A DNA stretch of 64,000 bases from a virus: the IMG/VR virus record IMGVR_UViG_3300049846_002429, positions 3,160 to 67,159 of that record, one strand, 5' to 3'. This document shows, one piece after another, positions 27,208-36,978 of the stretch; position 1 is the stretch's first letter; each line of letters opens with the position of its first letter. The notes beneath the pieces are model-generated. The model made no database searches, was not told the DNA's origin, and was given only the letters and a program-made list of their open reading frames with translations. Position numbers and translations under genes: made by a program.

Positions 27208-27921
27208 ATGAAAAAGTTAATGGTGATGCTTTGTCTGTTGGGTGCAGTTGGTTGCTCCCCAGATCGAGAGGTAGTAGAGATCGTAAATGGAACCCCAGGA
27301 ACAAACGGACATTCGCTTGTTTCTCAATATATGGCCGCCACAGAACTTGAGTGTGATAGTGCAGGCGGTAGTCGTCTAGACATCTATATCGATATGGACG
27401 ATTCTTTGACGCCTTCAGAAGGCGATAACTATCAGAATTCTTTGGTGGTTTGTAACGGCTTGAATGGATTAAACGGACAAGATGGTCAAGATGGTCAAGA
27501 TGGAACTGACGGCAGTAACGGCGAAAACGGACACGATGGAATCGCAGGTCCTCCTGGACAAGCAGGTCCTCCTGGATTAAACGGAAACCCTGGACAAGAC
27601 GGCGCACCTGGACCTCAAGGACCTCCTGGAACACCTGGCGCACCTGGACAAGACGGCGCACCTGGACAAGATGGTAAAGATGCACACGTAACTCCTCGTA
27701 ATGTTGGCGCAAATTGCACAAACATTCATCCTAATTACGATGCATTGATTAAGAACAATACTGTTGAAATTTACACAGCAAATGCAAGTCATTCTTGCCC
27801 TGCTCCTAACAAAGTATTTGTTTTGACCTCATCTTCTTCGACTTTCTGGCTGTCAGCTACTGAACTTGCTGTTTTTGTTGACCCTGCTGGTCTTCGTATC
27901 TTAAACTATGGTTCAAACTAA
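27208..27921 (+). CDS. collagen-like repeat lipoprotein
   Basis: Lipobox LLGAVGC after signal peptide. About 25 uninterrupted Gly-X-Y triplets ([13 protein letters not shown]...GAPGQDGKD). Confidence 0.65.
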   Translation: MKKLMVMLCLLGAVGCSPDREVVEIVNGTPGTNGHSLVSQYMAATELECDSAGGSRLDIYIDMDDSLTPSEGDNYQNSLVVCNGLNGLNGQDGQDGQDGTDGSNGENGHDGIAGPPGQAGPPGLNGNPGQDGAPGPQGPPGTPGAPGQDGAPGQDGKDAHVTPRNVGANCTNIHPNYDALIKNNTVEIYTANASHSCPAPNKVFVLTSSSSTFWLSATELAVFVDPAGLRILNYGSN

Positions 27922-27931
27922 GGAGATGACA

Positions 27932-28432
27932 ATGAAAACATTTATTGCAATTCTAATCATGGTCTCTCCGATGCTGGTGTTTGCTTCTGAAACTTGCTCG
28001 ACAAGCTCAGGTGCTGAAACGGTAGAAGAGACTAAGGAAATTACAACAGACGTTCCTGCTCATCTTAAAGGCGCAACAATCATTGTTCGCACTGCAGATG
28101 GTAAGGAAACTTCGGTGCCTGCAGAAAAGTTTAAGGTTGTTCCTCGTAAACAACAATTCCTTGTTACGAAGACAAAACAAACCGATAAAACTATGTGCAG
28201 TACAGACCCTGCTAAAAATCGCGTTTCTTTGTTGGCTGGTAACGGCCCTAAAGAAGGTCTTGATCGTTCAAAGACAGCAACAACTGTAACCGTGGAATCA
28301 CGAACAGGCGCTGTTGGTGGACTTCAGTATCAGCGATTGACCGATCTTAAAGTATTGGGTATGCCACTGTCAGTTGGCGGTCAGCTTCAAACAAATGAAT
28401 CAGCATTGGTTAATGTTGGTTTAGACTTCTAA
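27932..28432 (+). CDS. secreted protein
   Basis: Signal peptide MKTFIAILIMVSPMLVFASE; RBS AAGGAG 8 nt upstream. Confidence 0.55.
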   Translation: MKTFIAILIMVSPMLVFASETCSTSSGAETVEETKEITTDVPAHLKGATIIVRTADGKETSVPAEKFKVVPRKQQFLVTKTKQTDKTMCSTDPAKNRVSLLAGNGPKEGLDRSKTATTVTVESRTGAVGGLQYQRLTDLKVLGMPLSVGGQLQTNESALVNVGLDF

Positions 28433-28442
28433 GTTATTGTTC

Positions 28443-28474
28443 GGCGCTAGGGTTCGCTCTAGCGCCTTTTTTAT
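28443..28474 (+). terminator. rho-independent terminator
   Basis: GGCGCTAG-ggttcgct-CTAGCGCC followed by TTTTTT. Confidence 0.7.
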
Positions 28475-28488
28475 AGGGGGAAGTGTAA

Positions 28489-29010
28489 ATGAAAAAAATT
28501 AATCTAGCAATCTTGCTCTTCCTCGTTTCCGTTCTATTAGGCATGTTCCAAAGCTGTGGCCCACTAATGCCAGACAATAAGCCTACTTGCTGCATGAGAC
28601 CAACAGCACCTTCAGACCCTACATTTAAACCATATGTAGATGAATTTTTGTACTATCAACAGAAAAAATCAACTTCAATACCTGTTTATTTCGCAGATTT
28701 AGAGCCAGGAATAGCTGGCGTTTGCCATTATTTCCGAGTTGGCTCAGGCCCTATTCGATGGGGATATATTGAGATCGATAAGGAATATTGGGGATATATT
28801 TCAGAATTTCAAAAAATCAATTTAATATTTCACGAACTTGGCCATTGCGTTTTAGGCCGTGATCATGTGCCTTGGGGAAATTCAGTAATGATGTGCCCAC
28901 AGAGCATGATGTACGATACCGTATTGAGTACGCAATGTATGGAAGATAACTATCAGGCATACCTAGAGGAAATGTTTCCTAACTTTCCATGGAGTACAAA
29001 TGGACAGTAA
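28489..29010 (+). CDS. secreted zinc metalloprotease-like protein (HExxH)
   Basis: Signal peptide followed by FHELGHCVLGRDH; RBS GGGGGAAGTGTAAATG. Confidence 0.55.
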   Translation: MKKINLAILLFLVSVLLGMFQSCGPLMPDNKPTCCMRPTAPSDPTFKPYVDEFLYYQQKKSTSIPVYFADLEPGIAGVCHYFRVGSGPIRWGYIEIDKEYWGYISEFQKINLIFHELGHCVLGRDHVPWGNSVMMCPQSMMYDTVLSTQCMEDNYQAYLEEMFPNFPWSTNGQ

Positions 29011-29383
29011 ATTTAAAGTTGGAGATAAGATTAAAGCACCATCTAGTGACCGAATGGGATGGCATTTTGCTACCATTCAAAAGATAGAAGCTCTTGCTAA
29101 GAATAATTTTGATGTTGTTTATTGGGTTGAGTGGTATCATTATCCAGACAAGACATTTGACTATAGAGCCGCAGACGTTGAAGATTTGTGGGAGCTTGCA
29201 GACCCATGTCCAGTGGTTAACATGACCATTACATTACCGCGCTCCATAGACTTTGTACCTATCGAACTTACAATTGAAGATATCAAGGTTGCTGGCTGCG
29301 ATCATAAATGGATTGATTATCACGGCTTTTTAGAAAACTATCAGTTTTGTGCTAAATGTGACGAAAAGAGGAAGTATGAATAG
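29000..29383 (+). CDS. hypothetical protein
   Basis: 127-aa ORF. Confidence 0.5.
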   Translation: MDSKFKVGDKIKAPSSDRMGWHFATIQKIEALAKNNFDVVYWVEWYHYPDKTFDYRAADVEDLWELADPCPVVNMTITLPRSIDFVPIELTIEDIKVAGCDHKWIDYHGFLENYQFCAKCDEKRKYE

Positions 29384-29651
29384 TTTTGCAGAATATTTAA
29401 GAGGAGTTGTTCTAGGTGTGGTTCTAGGTATTTCTGGAACTAGAGCTTATCAGGCAACATTTACAACATTTAGCGAAGTTATGTATAAAGAATCAAAGGT
29501 CGCTCAAATTGTTGAGGATACAAATACACTGTCCTGTGTTCAGGGCGTGGTGGAAACGGTTCAGGTTTTTATGGGAGAGAAGACAAAGGGTCCAGATTGT
29601 GATGCCATTGCAAAGCGATGGGCCGACATTTACAGGGAGAAGAAAAAATGA
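29376..29651 (+). CDS. hypothetical protein
   Basis: Internal start with GAGGAAG RBS. Confidence 0.4.
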   Translation: MNSFAEYLRGVVLGVVLGISGTRAYQATFTTFSEVMYKESKVAQIVEDTNTLSCVQGVVETVQVFMGEKTKGPDCDAIAKRWADIYREKKK

Positions 29652-29804
29652 ACATTATGAACGCATATCACCTTATTCTTAGATATCCGACCCTAGGAAA
29701 CTATATTCAGGAATCGTATAATCGTGGCAATGATGAGGAATTAATTGACTTTTTGTTTGCTTTAGACACCGAACCTGTGTTATACTACAATTAAAGGAGA
29801 ATTT

Positions 29805-30065
29805 ATGACAACTTTAATTTTTGTATCTATTTCGGTGATGAGCTGCTATGGAAATGTTCTGACTACAAACTATGGCGCGTTGCAAAAATGCCAATATGGG
29901 CACGAATTAATCGTAAAGGCCGAAGCCCTTAGCATGTTGCAGGAAAAGAAATATTTCCTAGGACCTATTAGCAAAGAAGTTCAAACAGGCTGTCAAGTTA
30001 CCCTAACAAATGGCCAATCTGTTATGAGTGGCAAGCCATGCCGACGACTCATGGGTGAAAAATGA
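29805..30065 (+). CDS. hypothetical protein (hydrophobic N-terminus)
   Basis: RBS AAGGAGAATTTATG. Confidence 0.45.
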   Translation: MTTLIFVSISVMSCYGNVLTTNYGALQKCQYGHELIVKAEALSMLQEKKYFLGPISKEVQTGCQVTLTNGQSVMSGKPCRRLMGEK

Positions 30066-30241
30066 AATACGAACATAAAATCCAGATGCCTACGGTAACT
30101 ATCTACACCTCTAAAAAGGTTTCAAAAAGAAAACTAATCGGTGAGGCGCTGTATATCTTGTTCACTGAACTGGAAAACAACAGTCTTTATAAAGAATCTC
30201 AGAAAGAGTTTAAAGTTAAAACAACTACGGAGAAAAAATGA
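30062..30241 (+). CDS. small basic protein (59 aa; absent from the ORF track, which lists only ORFs of 60 aa or more)
   Basis: ATGA coupling at both ends. Confidence 0.35.
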   Translation: MKYEHKIQMPTVTIYTSKKVSKRKLIGEALYILFTELENNSLYKESQKEFKVKTTTEKK

Positions 30242-30426
30242 ATAACGTAATCTCCCTTGGAAAGAAAGCTCCAAAAACCTATAAATTGGTTGTAGAGTGG
30301 ACCATCCAGAAAGAGGTATTGGTAGAAGCCGAGTCATTTGAAGAGGCCGAGTTAAAGGCTTTGGAAGAAATCCCACCAGATGGATTTTTCAGCCGTCTAT
30401 TTACCATGGAGAGCGAAAATGAGTGA
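30238..30426 (+). CDS. hypothetical protein
   Basis: 62-aa ORF. Confidence 0.45.
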   Translation: MNNVISLGKKAPKTYKLVVEWTIQKEVLVEAESFEEAELKALEEIPPDGFFSRLFTMESENE

Positions 30427-30709
30427 TATTAAGGAAATGATTACAAGATGGGCCAAAGAGCCATATATTGAGCACGAGGATTACAATAAATGTGGTCTTT
30501 GTCTCAAAAATAAAATTCAATCTCAAGTTGCCAATGAATTTCTCGAAGCAGGCAAGCTAAGTGCTGAAAATCTCACAGAAATGTTTAATGAGATTGATCG
30601 CAGGTTTAAAGAAACAGAACTCTATAAACGAGTACAATCGATGCTAAAAAGCGGTAAAACGATAGAGCAGGTTGCAGCAGAACTTTTAAAAGAAGGTATT
30701 GACATCTAG
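30419..30709 (+). CDS. hypothetical protein
   Basis: RBS GGAGAG before internal ATG. Confidence 0.45.
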   Translation: MSDIKEMITRWAKEPYIEHEDYNKCGLCLKNKIQSQVANEFLEAGKLSAENLTEMFNEIDRRFKETELYKRVQSMLKSGKTIEQVAAELLKEGIDI

Positions 30710-30747
30710 ATGGTTTCGTGAGAGAATGTCTTATCTGGAGGTGATCT

Positions 30748-31035
30748 ATGGAAGTAAATGGTGTAGCAAATATTCACTTGATAGTCGATGCGGCAGTTGA
30801 AGTCGGAACTATGAATCAATACACGGCTTCTAAAATTAAAGAGCAGCTCAATTTGCTTGAGCGATATATGTTGGCATATGCTGATCATTGCGCTTCTAAA
30901 CAAGCTGGTTCATACGGAGCATTGATCGTTAAAGTTGAAGAACCTCTATGGCATGAAGTTCGTGAAAATCCCGAACAATATCCGAATGGTAGCGAAAGAA
31001 TAGCTGGTATTAAAAAACAAATGGGAGTAGAATAA
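30748..31035 (+). CDS. hypothetical protein
   Basis: RBS GGAGGTGATCTATG. Confidence 0.5.
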   Translation: MEVNGVANIHLIVDAAVEVGTMNQYTASKIKEQLNLLERYMLAYADHCASKQAGSYGALIVKVEEPLWHEVRENPEQYPNGSERIAGIKKQMGVE

Positions 31036-31256
31036 TGAAAAACATCAAATCAACCGACCCTCGCAAAAAAGCGATCACAAACGCCATCAAAGCTAAATCA
31101 GGCGGCACCAAGGTAACGCTTGTTAAAGAACTTAATGATGGTACTTTTCAGGGCCATGCGCTTAAAACAAACGGAAAGGGTCCACAAACTTCTTTGGGTT
31201 TTTTCACTGTAACAAGTGAAGAGGCAGGATTATCTAGTGGAACAAACAATCAGTAA
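31035..31256 (+). CDS. hypothetical basic protein
   Basis: 73-aa ORF. Confidence 0.45.
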   Translation: MKNIKSTDPRKKAITNAIKAKSGGTKVTLVKELNDGTFQGHALKTNGKGPQTSLGFFTVTSEEAGLSSGTNNQ

Positions 31257-31629
31257 CTTTTGGTATAGTTACGCAACCATAGCAATAACGGTGCTATTAA
31301 CGCTGCCGTTATTGATCGTTTTGTTTGAATGGCTGTGTAGACCTATCAATCCAAGACAACTGGTTAATCGAGAGATTGTAAAGATGATTTCTCAGTATGT
31401 CGAAGACAATCCAGACCAAAGGTTTGGACAGGTTCTTAGGAATTTAGGTGTTGTTGTGGACGTTGGAGTCAAAGACTCTGCAGATGAAGAGTGGGAAACT
31501 CCAGACTATTATTGGTTTCGTGGAATTCACGAAGAGCCAATAAATACCCTTATTAGAATGAAAAAAGCCCTTAATGGGGAGTTCGTTAATACTAAAATAG
31601 TAACAAAAAACAAAGGAGAAAAGTTATGA
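31216..31629 (+). CDS. membrane protein (start uncertain, possibly GTG near 31237)
   Basis: TM segment YATIAITVLLTLPLLIVLF. Confidence 0.4.
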   Translation: MKRQDYLVEQTISNFWYSYATIAITVLLTLPLLIVLFEWLCRPINPRQLVNREIVKMISQYVEDNPDQRFGQVLRNLGVVVDVGVKDSADEEWETPDYYWFRGIHEEPINTLIRMKKALNGEFVNTKIVTKNKGEKL

Positions 31630-32408
31630 GTCCGGTAAAATTAGGTGTGTTGGCAGCTACAGGGTTGTTGGCACTGACATTGGTGTTTGGTTCTTTCTAT
31701 GTTATTGACCCAGGCCAAAGAGGTATCGTTGTAACCTTGGGCAAAGTGTCTACTGTTAGCGCTGAAGGTTTAGGTCTTAAGACACCTCTTCTTTCAGATG
31801 TGGTTAGAGTTAGTGTTCGTCAGCAAACACAAGGATTGGAAGCTCAGGCGTTTTCTAGCGATCTTCAACAGGTTAACATGAGTCTTAAGGTTCTCTATCG
31901 CATTCCTGAGAGCAGTGTTGTTGAGATTTTCCAAAAATACTCTGGAAACCCTTTCGATAGTTTAATTGCTCCTCGTATTCAGGAAGCTCTTAAAGAGGTT
32001 ACGGCTCTGGAAAGCGCAGAGGGTATCGCCAAGAAACGTGAAAGCGTTAAGGCTCGAACCCTTGAGCTTGCTCGTACAAAGATCGGGCAAATTCTCGTAA
32101 TTGAAGACGTTGTAATCGAAAACGTAGCATTGAGTAATGAGCTAGAACATGCCATTGAACAAAAGATGGTGCAAGAACAAGAAGCGGCTAAGGCTAAGTT
32201 TATTAAAGATAAGGCCACTATTGAAGCACAAACCGCCGTGATTAAAGCAGAGGGAGAGGCTAAGGCCATTAAAGTGCGCGGAGATGCTATCCGTCAAAAC
32301 CCTGGAGTTGTACAGTTAATGGTTGCTGAAAAGTGGAATGGAGTAAGTCCACTTGTTGTTGGAGGTTCAAACTCTAACATTATGCTTCCTATCAATACAA
32401 AAGAGTGA
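31626..32408 (+). CDS. SPFH/band-7 (prohibitin/HflKC-like) membrane protein
   Basis: N-terminal TM followed by YVIDPGQRGIVVTLGKV; long coiled helical C-terminus. Confidence 0.6.
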   Translation: MSPVKLGVLAATGLLALTLVFGSFYVIDPGQRGIVVTLGKVSTVSAEGLGLKTPLLSDVVRVSVRQQTQGLEAQAFSSDLQQVNMSLKVLYRIPESSVVEIFQKYSGNPFDSLIAPRIQEALKEVTALESAEGIAKKRESVKARTLELARTKIGQILVIEDVVIENVALSNELEHAIEQKMVQEQEAAKAKFIKDKATIEAQTAVIKAEGEAKAIKVRGDAIRQNPGVVQLMVAEKWNGVSPLVVGGSNSNIMLPINTKE

Positions 32409-32409
32409 T

Positions 32410-32550
32410 ATGGACAAAAAGAAAGTAGCAATCGTATTAGCAGCAACAATATTGCCTGGAGGGTTAATCGCTCTGGGCTTGTGGAAAGCTTATGAACTCT
32501 TGAAAAAGAAAAAGGAAGTGAAAGATGATAAAGCCGATAATCCTAAATGA
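32410..32550 (+). CDS. small membrane protein (46 aa)
   Basis: TGATATG coupling. Confidence 0.3.
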   Translation: MDKKKVAIVLAATILPGGLIALGLWKAYELLKKKKEVKDDKADNPK

Positions 32551-32752
32551 TAATCATGTTGATATTGAAAAAGTTAGCTTTATCGGCAAGATAGACACAA
32601 AAGTGTTCGCTCACATTGGACGCAGAATTTATTTCTTTACAATTATAGTGGATGGACTGGACGTTGACATAGAGGCTGATCAGAAAAAAGAAATAAAAGA
32701 GTTGCGAAACACCCTGATTTTTAAATGTAATCCAGACTATAGCGAACCCTAA
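32525..32752 (+). CDS. hypothetical protein
   Basis: 75-aa ORF. Confidence 0.4.
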   Translation: MIKPIILNDNHVDIEKVSFIGKIDTKVFAHIGRRIYFFTIIVDGLDVDIEADQKKEIKELRNTLIFKCNPDYSEP

Positions 32753-32755
32753 TTG

Positions 32756-32764
32756 TGGTATAAT
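32756..32764 (+). promoter_or_regulatory. extended -10 promoter TTGTGGTATAAT (5 nt from ATG)
   Basis: Exact 12-mer; ATG at 32770. Confidence 0.55.
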
Positions 32765-32769
32765 ATTAC

Positions 32770-33033
32770 ATGGATAATACGTTGAAAGAAAAAATCAGAG
32801 CCTCGATGAAAGATCTTCTTGTTGCGCGTGGATGGCCGGATAAGTTGAGTAATGATCAAATCATTCATATGTTGCCTGATCTTTATAAAAAGTTGGAGAC
32901 CGAAGGTCTATTGAAAGATTTACAGGCTCGTGGTTTCAACTATCAACAGTTTGTAAACATTGCATTGCAATCCAGAGCCAAGGCCGATGCAATGGAACAC
33001 ATGGCTCAGTTTTTTAGAGGTAGAGGTTTTTAA
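32770..33033 (+). CDS. hypothetical protein (probably leaderless mRNA)
   Basis: The -10 element ends 5 nt before the ATG. Confidence 0.45.
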   Translation: MDNTLKEKIRASMKDLLVARGWPDKLSNDQIIHMLPDLYKKLETEGLLKDLQARGFNYQQFVNIALQSRAKADAMEHMAQFFRGRGF

Positions 33034-33308
33034 TGACGGTAGGACAGTTAATCCAAAGACTTAAAAAATTAAACCCAGACATGCCTGTAGTTATTAAGCC
33101 TCGAAGACTTAAGGGCCTGCATGATGATTTTGTTGAGCTTCTTGTTTCGGATATTGTTGAGCTTAAAACTAAAGAGCTGTTCACTAAGCCATACTGGGGT
33201 GAGCAGGTTTACGATGCATCTGAAACAACTCATGAGAGAAATACTAAGGTTTTGAGCCTTTCTGGTGGAACTTGGTTTCAACGAGGAAGTGATGAAAAAG
33301 CAGATTGA
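33033..33308 (+). CDS. hypothetical protein
   Basis: 91-aa ORF. Confidence 0.5.
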   Translation: MTVGQLIQRLKKLNPDMPVVIKPRRLKGLHDDFVELLVSDIVELKTKELFTKPYWGEQVYDASETTHERNTKVLSLSGGTWFQRGSDEKAD

Positions 33309-33492
33309 TACTGTAACGCTTGTTTATAAGCAAACAGATCTTAATTCTTTTGAGGTTATTAAGGCGTTTAGAGATGAAAAAGAGGCAGAGCGCTTCTGTA
33401 CAAATCAAAACGATCTAAACCTGCCTGAATTTGATGATTATGGATATTGTGAAGGAGTTTATCATAATTTCTTCACTATGAAAGTGGAGTGA
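33292..33492 (+). CDS. hypothetical protein
   Basis: RBS GAGGAAG before internal ATG. Confidence 0.4.
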   Translation: MKKQIDTVTLVYKQTDLNSFEVIKAFRDEKEAERFCTNQNDLNLPEFDDYGYCEGVYHNFFTMKVE

Positions 33493-33692
33493 TGGATTTA
33501 CAGACTCAAGAAAAAGTATCTAAACTTATCAGAGAGCAGGCAGACAAGCTTGGTATTGCTCTTAAAGCATTGAGAGAGATCAGACGCCTCAGTGATGGTA
33601 TGGGTTTTGGAGATTTAGAAGCTGCAGTGGACATTGCCAGCGCAGCTCTTACGGAGATTTCAGACTATGGCAAAAATCCTGAAGATTTATAG
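33489..33692 (+). CDS. hypothetical protein
   Basis: 67-aa ORF. Confidence 0.45.
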   Translation: MMDLQTQEKVSKLIREQADKLGIALKALREIRRLSDGMGFGDLEAAVDIASAALTEISDYGKNPEDL

Positions 33693-34137
33693 CTATCAAG
33701 ACCCTATTCTCCGCACAAAATGCCGAGATATTCTCCGCATGGAACCGTGGGTTCTGCAGCTTGCCGATGATATGTGGATGACTATGCTTATGTCTAAAGC
33801 CGTTGGTCTTGCCGCCAATCAGGTCGGTTTTGATTATAATGTTATCACCATAAAAGGACCGGAATTCCAAGGACCTATGATTAATCCTGTTATTGAAGAG
33901 GCTTCTAAGGAGATTTTTCACTATCAGGAAGGCTGCCTGTCTATGGTTGGCTATCAGATGGACACCGGAAAGCGTAGCAAGACAATAAAAGTGTCCTATC
34001 ATGATTTAGAGGGTAAAAAACAAACAGTTACTCTGTCTGACATGACAGCCGTGATTGTACAGCACGAAATAGACCACCTTCATGGTCATTTAATGACCGA
34101 TTATCTAGACAAAAGCCTATACAGCAGCAGTAAATAG
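33667..34137 (+). CDS. def: peptide deformylase
   Basis: All three PDF motifs are present: GLAANQVG, EGCLS and HEIDHLHG. Confidence 0.8.
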   Translation: MAKILKIYSYQDPILRTKCRDILRMEPWVLQLADDMWMTMLMSKAVGLAANQVGFDYNVITIKGPEFQGPMINPVIEEASKEIFHYQEGCLSMVGYQMDTGKRSKTIKVSYHDLEGKKQTVTLSDMTAVIVQHEIDHLHGHLMTDYLDKSLYSSSK

Positions 34138-34170
34138 TCACTTTTCCCCTTTACACAGGTCGTACCTTTA

Positions 34171-34179
34171 TGGTATTAT
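34171..34179 (+). promoter_or_regulatory. extended -10 promoter TGGTATTAT
   Basis: TTATGGTATTAT. Confidence 0.45.
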
Positions 34180-34200
34180 ACTAAATATGGGAGGTGAACT

Positions 34201-34419
34201 ATGACCTACGAAGAAATGCATGAAAAATTGATCAAAAAGGTGTACGATAACAACCAAGGTCAGGGATTCTTTGACGATTTGGTTGAGCTTCACAATTTAA
34301 ACCCCACAGACCCTGTAACCTCTAGAATGTACTCTTTGGCATGGGAAAACGGCCACGCCTATGGATATTATGAGGTTTTTCTTCATTTTAACGACTTGGT
34401 ACAGGTTTTTAAGGGATGA
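34201..34419 (+). CDS. hypothetical protein
   Basis: RBS GGGAGGTG. Confidence 0.5.
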   Translation: MTYEEMHEKLIKKVYDNNQGQGFFDDLVELHNLNPTDPVTSRMYSLAWENGHAYGYYEVFLHFNDLVQVFKG

Positions 34420-34712
34420 GCGCTTTAAAGGGTAAATATCCAATTAAGTATCGTCTCAAAGACCAAACTGGTATCTTTGAGGACACTTGGTTTTCTGAGT
34501 TTAATCCAGAAAACATGGATATAAATGCTATTTGTCAGGTTATTGAGAGAATAGCAAAAAAACATTTTGCCGACAGTACAGATCAGGACGTTAAAAAATT
34601 CTACTGTGAAGTAGGGCTGTATATTAATCCAAAAGAAATAGTTTGGCAAACTGTTAAAACTAAGTGGCAAGTGGTCTTTGATCTTACTTATAAGAATTGG
34701 GAGTTTTTGTGA
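34416..34712 (+). CDS. hypothetical protein
   Basis: 98-aa ORF. Confidence 0.5.
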   Translation: MSALKGKYPIKYRLKDQTGIFEDTWFSEFNPENMDINAICQVIERIAKKHFADSTDQDVKKFYCEVGLYINPKEIVWQTVKTKWQVVFDLTYKNWEFL

Positions 34713-35335
34713 GCGAAGATTCTTTGATAAATCCCAAATTAAAACTCCATAAATATGTAGGCTTGCTCGAATTCTATTTTGAGACAGGCATGGAGCAAAT
34801 GGGCGTGATTTTTCATGATGATCGTGGCAATCACGAAGGTCCTAAGTGGGACAATCCTAATGAAACCATGATTTATCGGTCACTTTCTTGGGCTATTTGG
34901 CTTGGAGATCGAGCTGGACTATATAAAATTCGCATCTTTGATAAAGAAAACAATGTAGTTTACGAAGGCCCATTGACGCAAGATAAGAGAAAGATTAAAG
35001 AATCTAAATATTCGATTAGCTTTCTTCCCAAAGAAATCGACAAACGCACCTGGATAAAATATTGTCAGGAAGAGTATAGAGCAGAGCTTTATACAAATAT
35101 GCTAACGGACGCTCTTCAGCAAGAATATAAGCTTGATTTTAAAATAGGCGAGCAAGTTCACGACGACCTAACGTCCAAAGATGTGGTAGTATTAAACGTA
35201 ACCCTTGGGAATAATAAAACAGTCGGCTATTGGGTTAATAGCGATTATCTTGAGGGCGGCAGACATCCTTGGGAGCTTTCTAAGATTGACTGGAGAAAGC
35301 GATGGGAAGAGGAGAAAAAGAAACATGAAGATTGA
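34709..35335 (+). CDS. hypothetical protein (GTG start)
   Basis: GGGAG 6 nt upstream of GTG, which overlaps the upstream stop. Confidence 0.45.
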   Translation: MSEDSLINPKLKLHKYVGLLEFYFETGMEQMGVIFHDDRGNHEGPKWDNPNETMIYRSLSWAIWLGDRAGLYKIRIFDKENNVVYEGPLTQDKRKIKESKYSISFLPKEIDKRTWIKYCQEEYRAELYTNMLTDALQQEYKLDFKIGEQVHDDLTSKDVVVLNVTLGNNKTVGYWVNSDYLEGGRHPWELSKIDWRKRWEEEKKKHED

Positions 35336-36155
35336 AACCGTTGACCTAAATCCCAGTTCTATTGGCGAGAGCCTGGTGCGCTCATTGCGTGAGACCGGAT
35401 TCGCTGTAATCACCAACCATGGCATTCCTAAAGAAATGTTTGACCTAACCTATGAAACATGGGCAAAATATTTTGCATCAGAAGAAAAATTCAAAGATCT
35501 TTTTAGCGCTGAAAAACAGCGCGGCTATTATCCAATGAAATCTGAAAATGCCAAAGGATATGATAAGAAGGACCTGAAAGAGTTTTTCCATATTTATCCT
35601 GATATGGTGCTTGAGCCACAACATGGCGGCTCAAATACATGGGCATTATACACATTGATGTCTAGACTTGGCGACAGGCTGTTGAGATTGATTAACGATC
35701 ACTCTCCGGTTGAATTTCCGGTTCCTTTGCACAAAATGGCCCAGAACAGCCCTCAAACATTGCTTCGCGTTCTACACTATCCTCCTATTGGAGATGATTC
35801 TGATGGCGCAGTAAGAGCTGCGGCACATGAAGATATTAATCTAATCACACTGCTTCCTGCCGCAACCTATCCAGGCTTGCAAGTAAAAACAGCTACTGGC
35901 GATTGGATTTTTGCAGATCAACATGTTCCGGCAGACGCTATCATTATAAATGCAGGCGACATGCTGCAAGAAGCATCTGGCGGTTATTTCAAATCAACTA
36001 CACATCGGGTTGTAAATCCTACTGGCCACGGAGCAACCGTTTCTCGCTATTCTATGCCGATGTTTATACATCCTCATTCTGAAGTGCGCTTGTCTGACAG
36101 GTACACCGCAGGAGAATATCTTGATGAAAGATTGAGGGAATTGGGGTTAAAATAA
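35325..36155 (+). CDS. 2OG-Fe(II) oxygenase family protein
   Basis: HEDIN (HxD), distal H in TTHRVVNP, RYSMP; RBS GAGGAG. Confidence 0.6.
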   Translation: MKIETVDLNPSSIGESLVRSLRETGFAVITNHGIPKEMFDLTYETWAKYFASEEKFKDLFSAEKQRGYYPMKSENAKGYDKKDLKEFFHIYPDMVLEPQHGGSNTWALYTLMSRLGDRLLRLINDHSPVEFPVPLHKMAQNSPQTLLRVLHYPPIGDDSDGAVRAAAHEDINLITLLPAATYPGLQVKTATGDWIFADQHVPADAIIINAGDMLQEASGGYFKSTTHRVVNPTGHGATVSRYSMPMFIHPHSEVRLSDRYTAGEYLDERLRELGLK

Positions 36156-36415
36156 TGGACCGAATACAACACTTTTATTTGCAGAGAAACATAGATGAAT
36201 CTGGAGTTTCCGGCACCGGAATTGTAGCTCGTGGAGTTATCCTTCCTTCTGGAACTTGCGTTCTTGAGTGGCAGACATTCCACAGCTCTATTGCTCACTA
36301 CAAGAATATAGCAGATGTAGAGGCAATCCATGGACACGAGGGCAAAACTCAAGTAGTTATGGGAGACCCACCGCTTAAAAAGGGTCGAAAGAAAAAGGCG
36401 GTTGAGAATGAGTAA
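36155..36415 (+). CDS. hypothetical protein
   Basis: 86-aa ORF. Confidence 0.5.
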   Translation: MDRIQHFYLQRNIDESGVSGTGIVARGVILPSGTCVLEWQTFHSSIAHYKNIADVEAIHGHEGKTQVVMGDPPLKKGRKKKAVENE

Positions 36416-36653
36416 TTTTAAACACGTAAGAATTAAAAAAGATAAATTGCCGAATATTCTAGAACATATGGTAGTATTTAGAGGCAAAGACGTTGCAAAT
36501 ATCAGCGATGAATATTTGAAGCGAGCGTTCGGAGTTCAAAAAACCGATAAATGCCCAGCTACCGGACGCACAAGAGTTCACTTACTTGATAGTTCCAATA
36601 TGGAAATTTTTGCATGGGTATTTGAGGATTTTGTGGAGGATATTCGTGGGTAA
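36402..36653 (+). CDS. hypothetical protein
   Basis: 83-aa ORF. Confidence 0.5.
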   Translation: MRMSNFKHVRIKKDKLPNILEHMVVFRGKDVANISDEYLKRAFGVQKTDKCPATGRTRVHLLDSSNMEIFAWVFEDFVEDIRG

Positions 36654-36654
36654 A

Positions 36655-36978
36655 ATGAAAGAACTTTCTATGGAAGAAGAAAAACTCGCTGTCGAATACG
36701 ATAAATTCGCACAGTCCATGCTTGAATTTGAAGACCTTCAGCGTGAGCTGTTGAAACACAAGTATTTGTATTATGTAAAGACAAAGCCCATCATAAGCGA
36801 TTATGATTATGATATGCTGGAAGTTAAAAGCCGAAAACTGGCTAAGCAATTAGGCTTTCGAGCAGATGAGTGGGAAGGCCCAGAAGAGAATGAAAAAGAT
36901 CATGTTCATTGGATGGTTGATTTTGATGAAAATCATCCATTGGCTGCTTCCGTAATAAAAGAGGTGGACGGTGAGTAA
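36655..36978 (+). CDS. hypothetical protein
   Basis: TAAAATG junction with internal ATG. Confidence 0.45.
   Translation: MKELSMEEEKLAVEYDKFAQSMLEFEDLQRELLKHKYLYYVKTKPIISDYDYDMLEVKSRKLAKQLGFRADEWEGPEENEKDHVHWMVDFDENHPLAASVIKEVDGE

Noticed and set aside
27125-27721. 198-aa minus-strand ORF antisense to the collagen-like gene
   Set aside because: Artefact of the GxY repeat (antisense gives R/Q/V-rich runs); overlaps a well-supported plus-strand lipoprotein gene.
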